Source: Octopus vulgaris (lineage: Eukaryota). Taken from it: a stretch of DNA of 64,000 bases. The DNA lies in contig OX597814.1 of the NCBI GenBank assembly GCA_951406725.2, positions 61,814,001 to 61,878,000 on the forward strand, in the 5' to 3' direction. The notes under the pieces were generated by a model. That model saw nothing but the letters and a program-made list of their open reading frames with translations, made no database searches and had not been told where the DNA came from. Shown piece after piece: positions 40,696 to 54,400 of this stretch. The position numbers and the translations under genes were made by a program. How positions within the stretch are numbered: the stretch's first letter is position 1; each line of letters begins with the position of its first letter.

Positions 40696-40697
<2 letters not shown>
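39780..40697 (+). mobile_element. Tx1/L1-type LINE, internally deleted (second copy)
   Basis: INARGLGLPWKQGHRLNDLKSLSLDVVTISETRL...FRLVAVYAP joined to the same 3' tail as 29110-29255. Confidence 0.78.
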
Positions 40698-40765
<68 letters not shown>

Positions 40766-40769
<4 letters not shown>

Positions 40770-41800
40770 CTTCATCTGATCTCTTCATGTATAGGCGATC
40801 AGTGTCTGCACGTGGATGAGAGGCTTCATGCATCGTTAGGAGCTCTCTTGCCTTCCTGTCCATCTCCTTTAGCTCCTCACTTCAGAATTCCAGCGCCATA
40901 CTGAACTACTGCGACTGCGCGCGCATTTATTGCCGAAATTGTGTTTCTGGCATTCAGCTTTAAAGCCAATATTTTTCTCACTCGTCGCAAGTACTCCCTT
41001 TTTGTCTTTTCCGCTTGTGGTGTTTGATTCCATCTGCCGCAAGTATTTCCAGGTATTCATAGCTGGACTGAGGTTGAATTGCCTTCGTCATTTCAGACTT
41101 GGCAAATGTATGCCTTCTGTCTTGGCAAGCTTTCCCCGTCTCATCACCATGAGTCTAAACTTCATCTTACTATCATTAGAGAAAACCTACACAGATTGGA
41201 CTAGGCTGTCCAGTTCTGGTTGTCCATGAATATCAAGTGGTTTAGTTTTCCATTACCTCTTCCTAGATCGTACCCCAACTTTGTTTTCTGAAGTATTTCA
41301 CTCAAGAGGATCATTCCCACCTTGAATATCAGTAGGGACACACTGTGTCCCTTCTCCTAGTACTTGCTTCCCTGCTGTCAATTCCGGTCTCCAGCATTTT
41401 ATGCTATTCCATATTTGGCTTCTCATATTTTCTCCTATTCCATACATTTCCATTGTTCTTATTATCCAGGAGTGTGGTATCTTATTGTATGCTTTTCGAT
41501 AGTCAACCCATGCCTTGCTCAGGTTTTTATGTCTTCTCTTCAAGTTCCTGATAATTAGATTATCAATTAAAAGCTTATCCTTCGTTCCCCGGCTCTTTTT
41601 TTCAGCACTCTTTCTGATCAATGGGTAGCAGCTCACTTTTTTCCAAGTATTTGTACAGTTCACCGGCCAAAGCAGCTAATTTCCATACTAGCGGAAGGCA
41701 CATTATTGGTCTAAAGTTGGATGTAACATTTTCCTTTTCAGGATCCTTGGCATATAACAATGTCTTTCCTTTTGTCATCCAACTGGGCACTGCGCCTTTT
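40766..41800 (-). mobile_element. R4/Dong-clade LINE RT fragment
   Basis: VPSWMTKGKT...NFRPIMCLPLVWKL, AWVDYRKAYNKIPHSW, MHEASHPRADTDRLY; bounded by (ATT)n. Confidence 0.87.
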
Positions 41801-41834
41801 ATCATCATCATCATCGTCGTCGTCGTCGTCGTCG

Positions 41835-41917
<83 letters not shown>

Positions 41918-42612
41918 GCCTTTGCACAGCTTCTAACGCTGGAGATGTACTATGGTGCCAGCTCTTCACTACCAGTGAACTAATGTAACGCCCCTTATTT
42001 TTCAAACACCATCCGGAGTATTCGAGCGGTTCCAAGCAGTGCTGCTTTCTGGAAGTGCTCCACCCTTATTTCAGCCCCTATTTGTTCCATGTACTTCTCA
42101 AGATTTTTACTCACTGTTTCCAGGGCTCTGACAATTATTGCTACTACTACCACCTTTTTCATCGACCACAACTGTTTAACCTCCCAAGCTAACCTGTCAT
42201 ATCTATCAACTTTTCTTTCTTCCTTATCGCATACCTTGTTGTCAGCTGGGCATGCTATATCTATGATCCAGCATAGTTTGCTTTCTTTCTCAATTAACAC
42301 TATGACTGGCTTCCTATTCTTTGTCTCATGATCGCACTAAATCATAAAATCCCATATGTTTATGTTCGTACCACTTTTTTGCTCTGTCAAGTCCATACTT
42401 GTTGCAAAGTGTCCAATGGACAATCCTTGCTATATTGTCATTACGTCTCTTATATTCTTCCCCAGCCAGTGACGTACATTGGCTGGTAATATGCCATACG
42501 GTTTCACCATCTTGTCCACAAATTTTGCACTTATCACTTTCTGGTGTGTTATCTATTCTGTATTTGATATAATTCGTTCTTAATGCTTGCTCTTGGGCAG
42601 CACAGATTAGAG

Positions 42613-42615
<3 letters not shown>
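41918..42615 (-). mobile_element. R4/Dong-clade LINE 3' fragment
   Basis: ICAAQEQALRTN...CKIC...HITSQC, IIDIACP...RYDRL...LLGTARILR; bounded by (ATT)n. Confidence 0.9.
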
Positions 42616-42650
<35 letters not shown>

Positions 42651-42789
42651 AAATACCTTAGGATGAGATCTGTACAATTTGCTTTTTTCTTATTTCTCAA
42701 TATCTGCTAATCCTGAATATTTGTATTTTATTATTAGTATTATTTTTCATACCTGGAGGATTGTTGTACCGCTCGCAGGTTTATCTGTT

Positions 42790-43860
42790 TATTTGTGTCT
42801 CCAGCGCTTCCTTGGCAGTGAGTATATATGGTCGCCTTTAGTTAGACAGGATTTTCTCCAGATCCTCTTATTGACCCATCTACAGTCCTTGATCAAACTT
42901 AGGCTGAGAAAGTGCGCTTGGCACCTGGCGTATCATCCAGTGAATCAAAGCGATCGGTGAAAGTTCCACACTGGAGTTCTAGAAAGGATTAGTCGCGGGC
43001 AAGTGCGACAACTTTCTAGGAGAAACCTGTGGATGCCAGGAGAAATCAATTAGCTGGTCTTTTCCGGAGGTCTTTCGGACCGTAACCAATGGATAATCTC
43101 CAGAAATCCTTGGCCTGGCGATGCTACCGGGGGGGGTTTGCCGGTTCGAGACAAGCTCTACAATTACGGAAATGCTGTCAGACACACCTGTCCAAGGTAT
43201 GCACAAAGCGATGAAACCGTTCTGCATGCCCTCGTCCTGTGTCCTGTCGTTGCTGACTTATAGATCTTTGTCGAACGGCTGTTGACACGTGTTTGACTGA
43301 TCTGGTTATCAGCTAAGTCCATCGTGAGGATCGCTCCGTCACCTTCTTTAGGCCGGAAAAGCAGCCAGGTTTTGTCTGTCTAGTGGTTATAGAGAACGAG
43401 GTAGTGTTGTGGACGAGGTTGAAACGAATGAAGATACTTTCCTCTTCGGCCAAGCCTTCATCGACTTTTCATGTTACACTTGAAAAGAGAAGTGAGGATG
43501 GAAACAGAAGTGCTTCCCCCACCCCCAGTACTTTTGTTAAAAGGTGGGTCAATGTGGCAAGGATGGTCTGTGTTTATAGGCTTATCTGAACATACACTTG
43601 TAGGTCAAAGAGGACGAGGAGTAGAGAGGTGCCTTCCTGAGATGCCTTTGGCAGTCGGGGTGACGTGACCAGGATGTGTGGGGTTCCTTTGATGGCCTTG
43701 AGTGAAAATCCTCCTTTTTGAAGAATTGTTTAAATTTTGATGCTAATTGTTATTGCTTTTATACACGTTTTTGTGCAAAGCTCTACTTGTCCTGTGTTTT
43801 GTATTTGTCCTTTTCTGTTTGTGTTCGGCCCTAGGACCAACAAAGAAAAGATAATTGTCA
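42790..43860 (+). mobile_element. Tx1/L1-type LINE 3' fragment
   Basis: C-terminal CPRYAQSDETVLHALVLCP zinc-knuckle remnant and FVKRWVNVARM, then a 3' UTR. Confidence 0.7.
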
Positions 43861-44015
43861 TTAGTAGTAGTAGTATTGTTTTACTTCTTAGAGCGCTCGG
43901 TCTTGTTTGCTCTGGTAGATTCTATAGAACGGGCAGCAGCCTGATGTCAGAGGTTTCACAGGGTCTCTTTCCGCACATTATAAGCTTTGATACTTGGTTG
44001 TTGTTGTTGTTGTTG

Positions 44016-44074
<59 letters not shown>

Positions 44075-44195
44075 TACTTATGTGTTTGTATGAAACTGTT
44101 GATATATATGTATGTATGCATGTATGTATGTATAAATATACATATATATATATATATATACATACATATATATATATATATATACACACACATAC

Positions 44196-44228
<33 letters not shown>

Positions 44229-45017
44229 ACTTACAAAATAGGGCAAAAGAAAAATTCTAATGCCAAATATGCCGATAAAAAGACAAAATTGTCAATAACC
44301 ATTATAATTTATGCGTCTTGAAACAAGCCGATAGAAATTTCTAAAAAATCCGTTATTACCGTATTGGGACCAATGAATTATAATGATTATTGACAATTTT
44401 GTCATTTTTTTCGGCATATTTGGCATTAGAATTTTTCTTTCGCCCTATTTTGCAAGTTATTTATAAATTTAACCTTTAAAGGTATTTTTTGATATGCTGG
44501 CCATTGATAATATTTTTTTTTTCGAAAAAATTTTTATCCTACATTAGTTGTGAATTTAATAGTGTTCACTTCCGGATTCTCTCACTCTGTGAAAGTTTCT
44601 AGTTCGAATCACACGTGTCTCGAGATGTGCCGAAGATTTTCTATTTTGGATATATTTGGGGTACTTAGGTCTGCTCAGGACTTAGTGCTTGCTTTTTCCA
44701 TGGGTATGAGTAAGTATTTCATTTATGTCGTACGTATTTATCGCTGAGGAGGGGAAAATTCTTATGAATTAACCCCGAAATTGGGACCAATACGGTAGTA
44801 ACGGATTTTTTAGAAATTTCTATCGGCTTGTTTCGAGACGCATAAATTATAATGGTTATTGACAATTTTGTCTTTTTTTCCGGCATATTTGACATTAGAA
44901 TTTTTCTTTTGCCCTATTTTGTAAGTTATTTATAAATTTAACCGTTAAAGGTATTTTTTGATATGCTGGCCATTGATAATATATTTTTTTTCGAAAATAA
45001 TTTTATCCTACATTAGT

Positions 45018-45020
<3 letters not shown>
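44229..45020 (+). mobile_element. Retrozyme/Penelope-pLTR-like element: 469-bp unit, 1.4 tandem copies plus a 5' inverted partial copy
   Basis: 44376-44551 repeats at 44845-45020 (period 469). 44229-44375 is the reverse complement of about 44780-44927. (TA)n on both sides. Confidence 0.87.
44733..44803 (+). ncRNA. Type I hammerhead ribozyme, sense to the GPCR pre-mRNA
   Basis: CGUAUUUAUCG-CUGAGGA-GGGG[aaaauucuuaugaauuaa]CCCC-GAAA-UUGGGACCAA-UA^CGGUAGUAACG. Predicted cut after 44792. Confidence 0.82.
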
Positions 45021-45066
<46 letters not shown>

Positions 45067-45076
45067 CCTTTTCTAG

Positions 45077-45203
45077 TCAATTGAACTGTGCTCGAGTGAC
45101 CATCCATAAACACCTTTTCTTAACATACATCTTAAGTGGAAGTGTTTGGATCATTGAATTTGGTGCCATAGTTTCAAACGGTCCAGTTTTGTTTGAGAAT
45201 TCG
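45077..45203 (+). CDS. Class B1 GPCR exon C: ICL1, TM2, ECL1
   Basis: TTTCCTTTTCTAG acceptor, GTAAGT donor. (S)QLNCARVTIHKHLFLTYILSGSVWIIEFGAIVSNGPVLFENS contains the class B L-x-C-x-R-x2-IH-x-HLF signature. 127 nt, phase 2 in and phase 0 out. Confidence 0.95.
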
Positions 45204-45686
45204 GTAAGTTTGCTACTTTAACCTTCTTCATTGTTAAACTACTAACTACCAATTTCTACGGACACGCATTTAATTTTTCTAGAATCTATTTATATTACCA
45301 GTATCAGTTTTTAAAAGTGAAATTTGAAGAATGGCAGTGAAACAGGTATCAGTCAAATTTCATCAAAGAAACATAAATGAACATAAACTTGAGGAATGAC
45401 TTGTATTACTGCCGATAATCCGAGCAACATTTAATCCTTTATATTGTATTTTCCGGCATACAAGTCGACGTCGTATTTCCCGTAAACATGTAGTGTAAAC
45501 GTTTGAATATACTCATTGTATTTTCAAATCCTGTTGCATTTCACTTGGAATTCTTGGTCCTCCGGAGTTGTATTAATGTATAAGTCGACCTCCCTTCTTC
45601 TACTATAACCTCGGGCCAACCAAAGCCTTGTGAGTGGATTTGGTAGACGGAAACTAATAAAACCCCGCCATATACACATATATATG

Positions 45687-45954
<268 letters not shown>

Positions 45955-47733
45955 TAGATATAGATACAGATATTTATTTATGTGTGTGTGTCTGTGTGTC
46001 TGTGTTTGTCTCCCACCTCCACCACCACCACCATCGCTTGACAGTCAATATCGGTGTGCTTACATCGTCGTAACTTAGCGGTTCGGCAAAGGGGAACAAT
46101 AGAATAAGTACTAGGCAAACAAAGAATAAATCCTGTGGTCGATTTCCGCGACTAAAAAAAACCCCTTTAAGACGCCCGCTGTCAAATGACTGTAACCAGT
46201 AAAAGAATAAAAGAATGTATCCCGGAAAATACGGAAGCAACGTTATCATGAAGTGAATGCTTCATAAGTGCATAAGAGTATGCATTACTTTTGTAGTTAC
46301 GGACAAAATGCTTAGCGGTATTTCTTCCGGCTTTATATCCTGAGTTCAAATTCGACCGAGGTCGACTTGGTTTTTCATCCTTCGGGGTCGATAAAATGAG
46401 TACCAGTTGAATTCTAAGATTGATGTAATCGACTGGCCTCATCTGTCTTTTTCTTCCTACCCAAAAAAAATTAAAATACTCAGGTATCGTGCTTATCGTA
46501 GAAGGAATTATTTCATGGTTATTAAGGCGGCGATTCCCACCGAGGTCAATTTTGCTTTTCATCCTCCATTTTGTCGATAAAATAAAGTACTAATTTGATG
46601 CTGGTGCCGATGGTATCCACTAAAAATTTCACCTTAAAAATTCTGACCTTGTGTCCATATTAGAAACCATTATTTTCTTGATTACTGAATATTTAGAAAA
46701 TTAAAATTAAAATATTGTTCATAAATATAACAACAAAAAATGATTGTATATAATCTTAAATGTCAACAAAAATAGATCTCGACGTTTATTGCAGGCAAAA
46801 TAATGCAATAATAATCACACAGCACGTGGTTTGAGGATATAGGTCAAAATAGGACAAAATTCAGACAATAAATTTTACGTCTTAATTAATAACAATCGAA
46901 ACAAAATTTTCAACGAAAATATACATCGATAAGTAAGTTAGATAATTCGTGCTGTAGAAACAAGTTATGGAAAATGTACACCGCTGGTTTCACGTTTTCC
47001 TGTCAAAGGAATAATGTATATTGTAGAGTTAAATAGATAAAAGATTCTATTACATTTAAACTGTTGGAAATTATTTTGCCAAGGCTAAAACACAATAAGA
47101 TGGCAGCCACTGACAAAACGCGATAGAGAAGGAGAGGGGAGGAATGGAGTAAGAAAAAGAGAATAAGATCGGTTAATCATAAAGAGAAAGAGGGAGTTAT
47201 CGAGTGAATGAGCCAAGAAGAGGGCCAGTGAATCTAAAATTTTCTCTTGCTTAATATAATCAAATCAGTTCAATAGACTAGGGGTCTCTGATTGACTAAA
47301 ACCTTTGATTGGGTATGATGTATGATTTGACTAAAATATACGTGAAACTAAAACGATCAAGTGTTTTGTTGAACTAACCAAAAATGGCTCGCAGACTACA
47401 GATTTATTCGCTAAAATTTCTTGGCTAAAATAACTCATGATAACAGTAAAACTAAAATACCATCTGCGTGTGATCACTTACAAATCGTTAACATATGGCA
47501 GTTTTTGTATGATGAGATTGTACTTCTGCTGACAACCATAAACAAGAATGAAACATCTGGAGTCAACTCTCGTGCTTGCCGACGAAAATGGAACATATCT
47601 AACAAAGTAATGTATATTGCTGACGTCATAAGAATTTATAAACTTCGAGAAACCATGAAATGATTTCTTTTTTAGATCGGTGGATCTCGAAGCTGATAAA
47701 GCTATAAACAATAATGTGAAATATTAGGTTTAG

Positions 47734-47947
47734 CCCTTTAGCATTCAGATTACTTAGTCAAATGTAATGCTTATTTATTCACAATGTTTTGAATTAACCA
47801 TGCTTGTAGCTTTGAGATTTAAATGATGTGATTGTTTATTTTTAAAATGATATTGTAGGGTAAGTGTGAGAGGCTGGATCTGGTCAGTTTGAAGATAAAA
47901 CAGGAAGATTATTTTGGCCTAACATAGCTGGTTTAAATATTAAAGGG
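47734..47947. mobile_element. piggyBac-like MITE
   Basis: Ends CCCTTTAGCATT...AATATTAAAGGG, with TTAA on the right flank and TTAG on the left. Confidence 0.65.
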
Positions 47948-48632
47948 TTAAAAAAAACCATTGCATAAAAAGTTGAAGGCTGGCCATGGGACTCGACTCA
48001 TATGTGCTCAGGGTTATATTATGGTTACATATAATGACATATTTAGTGTCGCCGTGGATTTAGGGACTGTATTACGATGCATTGATGCTCTAATTATGAA
48101 TGAATAAACCAATACCCCCAACTACGTCATAAAACGTGTCGTCCATTTTGTGTTTTAAACGTCATTGTGCATTTTAAGAAAGATTTTACTGTTGTCTCTA
48201 GCTGGCCAATAGACCAAGTAAAAGTTTCGTCTTCTTTGTTTTTGTTGATTTCCATGACAACAGACAGTTCCGACGATATTTTGGCAAAGGACATCGATAG
48301 CTAAAATAACATAACATAAAATTACAAAATTGCTTGTAACTTCTTTATTATTAATTTGTAGAAAAAAAAACCAGTTGCGATTGTCGCCATTATTATACAA
48401 AATTATACCAGAATTACATTTTTTTTAATAACCTAATGAAACCAGGTGCATAAAAATATAAATGAATGAATTTTTTTTTTTTCATATATAAGCGCCGAAA
48501 TGTATGCGTAAATACAAATAAGATAATTTAAACAGCTTTCCCGTCTCCGCTTACTGAGAGCTTCTTACTTGCATCAGACGATCAGGATGAACCTGGACCT
48601 AAACAATAACAGCCCTAGGAAAGCCTCTACGT

Positions 48633-48915
48633 CACTGGTTCTCAACCGGGGTCCAAGAGACCCTTGAATGGAGGGGTTTATATTAAATTTTGTTATCAAA
48701 ATTTACGTGCGATAAACTACTATACACAAAATATTTTTTTAAAATCTTTATAGGCGCAGGTGTGGCTGTGAGATAAGAAGCTTGCCTCCCAACCACATGG
48801 TTCCGGATTCAGTCCTACTGCATGGAACTTTGGGCAAGTGTCCTGTACTATAACCTCGGGCCGACCAAAGCCTTGTCAGTGGATTTGGTAGACGGGAACT
48901 GAAAGAAGTTTATCG

Positions 48916-48956
<41 letters not shown>

Positions 48957-49306
48957 TTTGCTTCTGTATTTGTCTCCCCGTCACCGCTTGACAACGGTGA
49001 TGGTGTGTTTACGTCCCCGTAACTTAGCGGTTCGGAAAAAGGGCTCCGATAGAGTAAGTACTAGGCTTTAAAAAATAAGTCTTGGATTCGATTTGTTCCA
49101 CTAAAATCCCTTCAAGGTGGTACTCCAGCATGACCGCAATAAGATGACTGAAACAAGTAAAATAAAGAATAAAAGACAACAATTCCTAATAATATTTAAT
49201 TATAAAAATATGATATGATTTTTTAAACATCAAATAGCTTGAGGAGTCCATCCGAATAACATAGGAACCATGGAGTTCAGAGGTTAAAAATGGTTGAGAA
49301 ACACTC
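48633..49306. mobile_element. hAT/Charlie-like MITE interrupted by a SINE
   Basis: Ends CACTGGTTCTCAACC...GGTTGAGAAACACTC. Confidence 0.65.
48752..49175 (+). mobile_element. tRNA-derived SINE, family A (full length)
   Basis: AGGCGCAGGTGTGGCTGTG head, (GT)n, and ATGACTGAAACAAGTAAAA tail. Confidence 0.88.
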
Positions 49307-49349
49307 TTCATTACTTCATTAGTTTAAGTGGTACAAGTTTATTGCTACA

Positions 49350-49767
49350 GTATTATCTTTACTGCCCACAAGGGGCTACACACAGGGGAGACAAACAAGG
49401 GCAGACAAACGGATTAAGTCGATTATATCGACCCCAGTGCGTAACTGGTACTTATTTAATCGACCCCGAAAGGATGAAAGGCAAAGTCGACCTCGGCGGA
49501 ATTTGAACTCAGAACGTAACGGCAGACGAAATACCTATTTCTTACTACCTACAAGGGGCTAAACACAGAGGGGACAAACAAAGACAGACAAACGGATTAA
49601 GTCGATTATATCGACCCCAGTGCGTAACTGGTACTTATTTAATCGACCCCGAAAGGATGAAGGGCAAAGTCGACCTCGGCGGAATTTGAACTCAGAATGT
49701 AGCGGCAGACGAAATACCGCTAAGCTTTTCACCCGGCGCGCAAACGTTTCTGCCAGCTCGCCGCCTT
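49350..49767 (-). mobile_element. tRNA-derived SINE, family B, with a tandemly duplicated body
   Basis: Minus-strand head AAGGCGGCGAGCTGGCAGAAACG; the body of about 180 bp is present twice. Confidence 0.88.
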
Positions 49768-50260
49768 GTTTATTGCTACTGTAATGTGCAAGGTACCAGT
49801 AAACTCGCCTGGCGATTGCGGGAAAATTAGGTTCCTGCTGGTAAATTAGTGCAGATTATAAGCGAGTCCAGATCACCAGTGTCCGGAAAGTCGATATTGT
49901 ACCTGCAACAACAGAGGCATTATTATTAGATTAAAGACAAATATGATATGGGCGGTCAGTTTTGACCCTTATCGATGTTGACTTAGAGCGTAAAGAACTC
50001 GAACGAAAATCACAAGGCGAGATTAGAGCTTGAATAGAATGAAAATTACGCGCGATATTTGATCCAGTTTTTTTACAACTCTTGACATCAATCCCAGCGA
50101 AACCAACTCTGCTTTTCATCCATCCCGGTTTGATAAAATAAAATACTACTCAAATACTAGGTCAACATTAGTGTAGCTCGAGTGTCTTTCCCCCCACTCG
50201 GGGCAGCTCTTGAGTTCATCGCTTTCACCCCACGAGCTCCCAAGTCTGTTCAGACATCAT

Positions 50261-51428
50261 CAGGGTGCGATGAATGAATTGTCACTATTTTATATTTTTA
50301 GTATCGCGCATGCGCATTGTTTGTTTTTGATTTTGCTGACTACCAAAGTAGGGTCAGTTGGGCATCGTCTGTGAGAAGAACAGCACCATGACGCGATTCA
50401 CTCTGCTAGAAATTTGGAAACGATATGCTCTACTGCTTGGCATTCACGCTGGAAGCTCCAATACGAACATTTCGGTGTGTTTGGCTGTCAATCTGGGAAC
50501 AATGCATGTACTGAGAGTGATAAAAATCAAACATCCAGTCAGCATTATGGTGTTTGGAGTAATCACTAGTGATGGCGACGTTATGCCTCCATTCATCTTC
50601 CCACACGCCCTCGGACTCAACACGGAGGCCTACCTCAAGTGCCTGGAGGAGGTAGTGCTGCTCTGGGTCAAGAGGATGGCTACTGGAAGACCTTATGTCT
50701 AGCAACAGGCCTCTGCATCATGCAACACAAGCAGGAGAACCCAGTCATGGTTGTCAGACAATTTCTGCAACCACATCACCCCTAACATCTGGTCACCTAA
50801 CACCCTAGACTGCATCCCCCTTGATTATTATGCGTGGGCCGCAGTTGAGCGAGAGACCAACAAAACTCCTTGTAGCACCAAAGATGACCTGAAGGCAAGA
50901 ATTATGGCAGCATTCACCAACTTAAACAAGGAGACCGTTCAGAAGAGTTGCAAGAGATTCCGAAGTTGTCTAGAGGCCGTGGTTGAAGGCAATGGCGATT
51001 TTATTGAATAAATAATTTACTCTTTAGTATTTCAAGATTTTTTAATGTAATTTTGGTAAATATATTTGTTAAAATGAGATTTCAGTGCCATTTTCATTTT
51101 TGCATAATTTAGACCAGTGCTACTTAAAGTGGTGATCCGCGGACCCGTACCGGTCCGTAAGCCATCAGCTGCCGGTGCGCGGCGAGTTTCCAGAAAAGAA
51201 AGAAATATTATAAAATGCTTATTGTATGATTTGTTTACAAAATAATTATATAATTAAAAAATATTGTCAACTTTTATTATATTCATTATATATATTGTTT
51301 CCTGTATAAATTAATATTACTAAGAAATATTACCGGTCCCTGGCACATTGGAAAAAAAAATGCCGGCACGCCACATCAGATAGTTTGAGAAGCACTGATT
51401 TAGACGACAGTTTATACACCGCACCCTG
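50261..51428 (+). mobile_element. Tc1/mariner-superfamily transposon (DD37D/maT-like), internally deleted
   Basis: Ends CAGGGTGCG...CGCACCCTG|TA. Transposase remnant KHPVSIMVFGVITSDG...YV*QQASA...WSPNTLDCIPLDYYAW...FRSCLEAVVEGNGDFIE. Confidence 0.9.
51115..51397. mobile_element. hAT MITE nested in the mariner element
   Basis: TIRs CAGTGCTACTTAAA/TTTGAGAAGCACTG with a perfect 8-bp TSD ATTTAGAC. Confidence 0.92.
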
Positions 51429-54400
51429 TATATAGTAGGTCGAAAAGTGCCGCCCTTGTAAAAGCATTGTTCGGGGTGGTCATCCCCACCCCGTCCCGCT
51501 AGCTACGCCACTGTATGTCTATGTTATCGATTAACTTCCTCCCTCTAAAAATTTATTACTAAAGGTGATGGGTTGCAGAACTGTAAGAACATCGATAAAA
51601 TACCTTGCACTCTTCCTTCCGGTTGTAAGAGTTCAAATCGTGCCGAGGCCGACTTAACCTGTCATTCTGTCGGGGTCAATAAAATAAAGTACCAGCCAAG
51701 TACTGGTGTCGGTATAATTTGACAAAATTCTCTCCCGAAATTTAAAAACCTTATGTCTATATTTGGTTTTCAAATTTTGGCACAAGGCTAGAAATTTCAG
51801 AGTGGACAATAGTCGATTACATCGATCCTAGTGCTTGACTGATACTTATTTTATCGACCCCGAAAGGATAAAAGGCAAAGTCGACCTCGGCGGAATTTGA
51901 ACTCAGAACATAAAGGTAGATGAAATGCCGCTAAGCATTTTTCCTGATAAAATAAGTACAGTTAAGCACTGGAATCGATCTGATCGACTATTCTCCACCT
52001 GGAAATTCCTGGCCTTGTGCCAAAAGTTGAAAGCATTATTAGTATTGAAAAGGAATGAAATTCTTCTTCAGGCACATATTTACCAGTTGTACCACACAAA
52101 CTGTTAATCAGGTAAATTCCTTCTCTGACATTTTCCTCCTTATCTCAGCTAATAAATTATAATTTATCATTTCTCTCGGTTCCCCCTTCTTTTTTTCTAT
52201 ATCCTCCCCTCGTTCTCTCTCATTTGAACCATTTACAACTACAACGATAAACGAAATACAAAATACAAGAAACGAAAGGGAAAATTCAAGGCAAAGAAAG
52301 ATATTTTTGACAACATGGAAGGATTCATTAATGTAATATTTAATCACTTCTTGCAATCACGTCAACGTTTCCAGAGACGTCAGATACTTGGTTGTGTTTA
52401 TGTTTGATGTTATTGTTGTCGTTTGTATTTGTTTATATATATATATATCTTTATTTCAATGTTAACTCCTCAGCTCAAATGCTCGTTTATATCCAGACGC
52501 TTCAGACGACTCAACAACAACGAAAATAACTTCAAACCAACAAATGTCTTGAATAACAACGAAATCAAAGATGAGAAAAATATCAAAAAACCGAAAGCGA
52601 GAACAACTTCAAACCAGCACTTAGAACAACAAATAAGCAGCAAATCATTAACAACATTAATGACAACGTTAAATAGAAATAACTTTATGGTCACAAGCAG
52701 GTCGATATTTATATCTTTCTGTTGTTATCCATGAAATTACATGAGCAAATCTATAATGATAGGTCTGTGATTATAAGTGAGAATCTGCTCCTCATTAATC
52801 TGACCTCTATAATTTTCTGTTGTACATAGATTTAGTTAGCCTATCTACATTTTGATATTGATGTTGTTATGGCGGTGCAATGGAGGGAGGGAGCATATGT
52901 GTGTGTATCGTGGGGGTAAAAGTGCTGACTAAATATTGCCTAGTAGTATTTAATCTCGAATTCTGAGTTTAAATCAGGCTAGAGTGGACTGTACCTTTCG
53001 TTCCTTGGAGAGTCGATAATAACCAGTAATGCACTTGATATTGGTTTCACATTTTGGCACAAGGCCAGTGGTTTCACATTTTGGCACAAGGCCACCTGGT
53101 ACTTATTTTATCGACCCAGAAAGGGTGAACGGCAAGTCGGCATTTGACCTCAGAACATCAAGTCGGAAGAAATGCCACTACGCACTTTTTTCCCGGTGCA
53201 GCAGCAGCCAAGGTTACCAATACAGAGTTTTTTGTTGTTGCTTTTTATTTAAAGTGACGTTTGTACTGCAGGGGACGGGATTCATACTATGAACCTATAG
53301 CAATTTATCACACAATTTTGGTCCTTGCTTATCAGTTCAAACATTTTGATGCAGACGCCACAATATCAACAAAAGCCTGTTACATTCGCTGTTGGTGAGC
53401 CTCAGGTCAGCTTTGACAAAGAAGATTCATAATCAAAAGTTATCCAGTCGTGGTCAACCCACCTTTTTACGTGCAGGGAGCACAGACCAACGTTAATCAG
53501 CGTGACCTGTTCTAAGACATGTGATTTGAGAGAAATTTCGCTTGTCATTCTGTAACTATATACAGATTATGATAAAACTCTTACTTTTAATACCATCAAA
53601 GAAGCTTAACTTCTACTTCAACGAGTTGATAAGACTGTAAAATAGATTGGACTATATGTCAATGATGATAAGAAGGAGGTTACGGTTTCCTATCAACCAA
53701 AAGAAGACATTAAATCATCAAAGAGTGCGAACTTGAAATTTGTAAATGACTGCGAATATTTAGGATCGGAGATAGAAAGAAAGCTCAAAGCGAAGAGTGG
53801 AGTAGGAACTTAATTGGTATGATCAGCAAAGAACAAAATGTCCGCAATATAAGAAACAAATTCAATCGTTTTTTAGAGTTATGGAAGACATTGACATATA
53901 GATCTAAATACCGGACAGTTACGAAAACAATTGAAAGCATATCAAATGGAATACATACCAAGTGTAAAGGAAGGCGAAGAACGTTTCTTGGGAACAGCAT
54001 TTACTTAACTGCGTGTTATACGGAAACATACCATTTTTAGCAGGCATTCCACCGAGGTCAACTTTGTTTTTCATCTTTTCGGGGTCGATAAAATAAGTAC
54101 CCAGTTGAGTACATATTACTAATCGTGTGCCAAATGTTGAAACCATTTGAAACCATTATTAGTAGTTATGAGTTTCTGGGACATTATTGACGAAGAAAAA
54201 ATAATGTTGCACGTCAACAATTACTCATAGGAATTAGTGCATGAAAAATGAAGAGACAGACATTATTGAACGTAAGTGCATCAATTGCTGGAAGACTCAA
54301 AGAAACAACATTGAAAGAAACAACGTCGAAGAAATGATACAAGACAAAGTAGCGTGGAGGAGACTGGTCAATGAGATTGTAACATGGCATAGCTCCCTTA

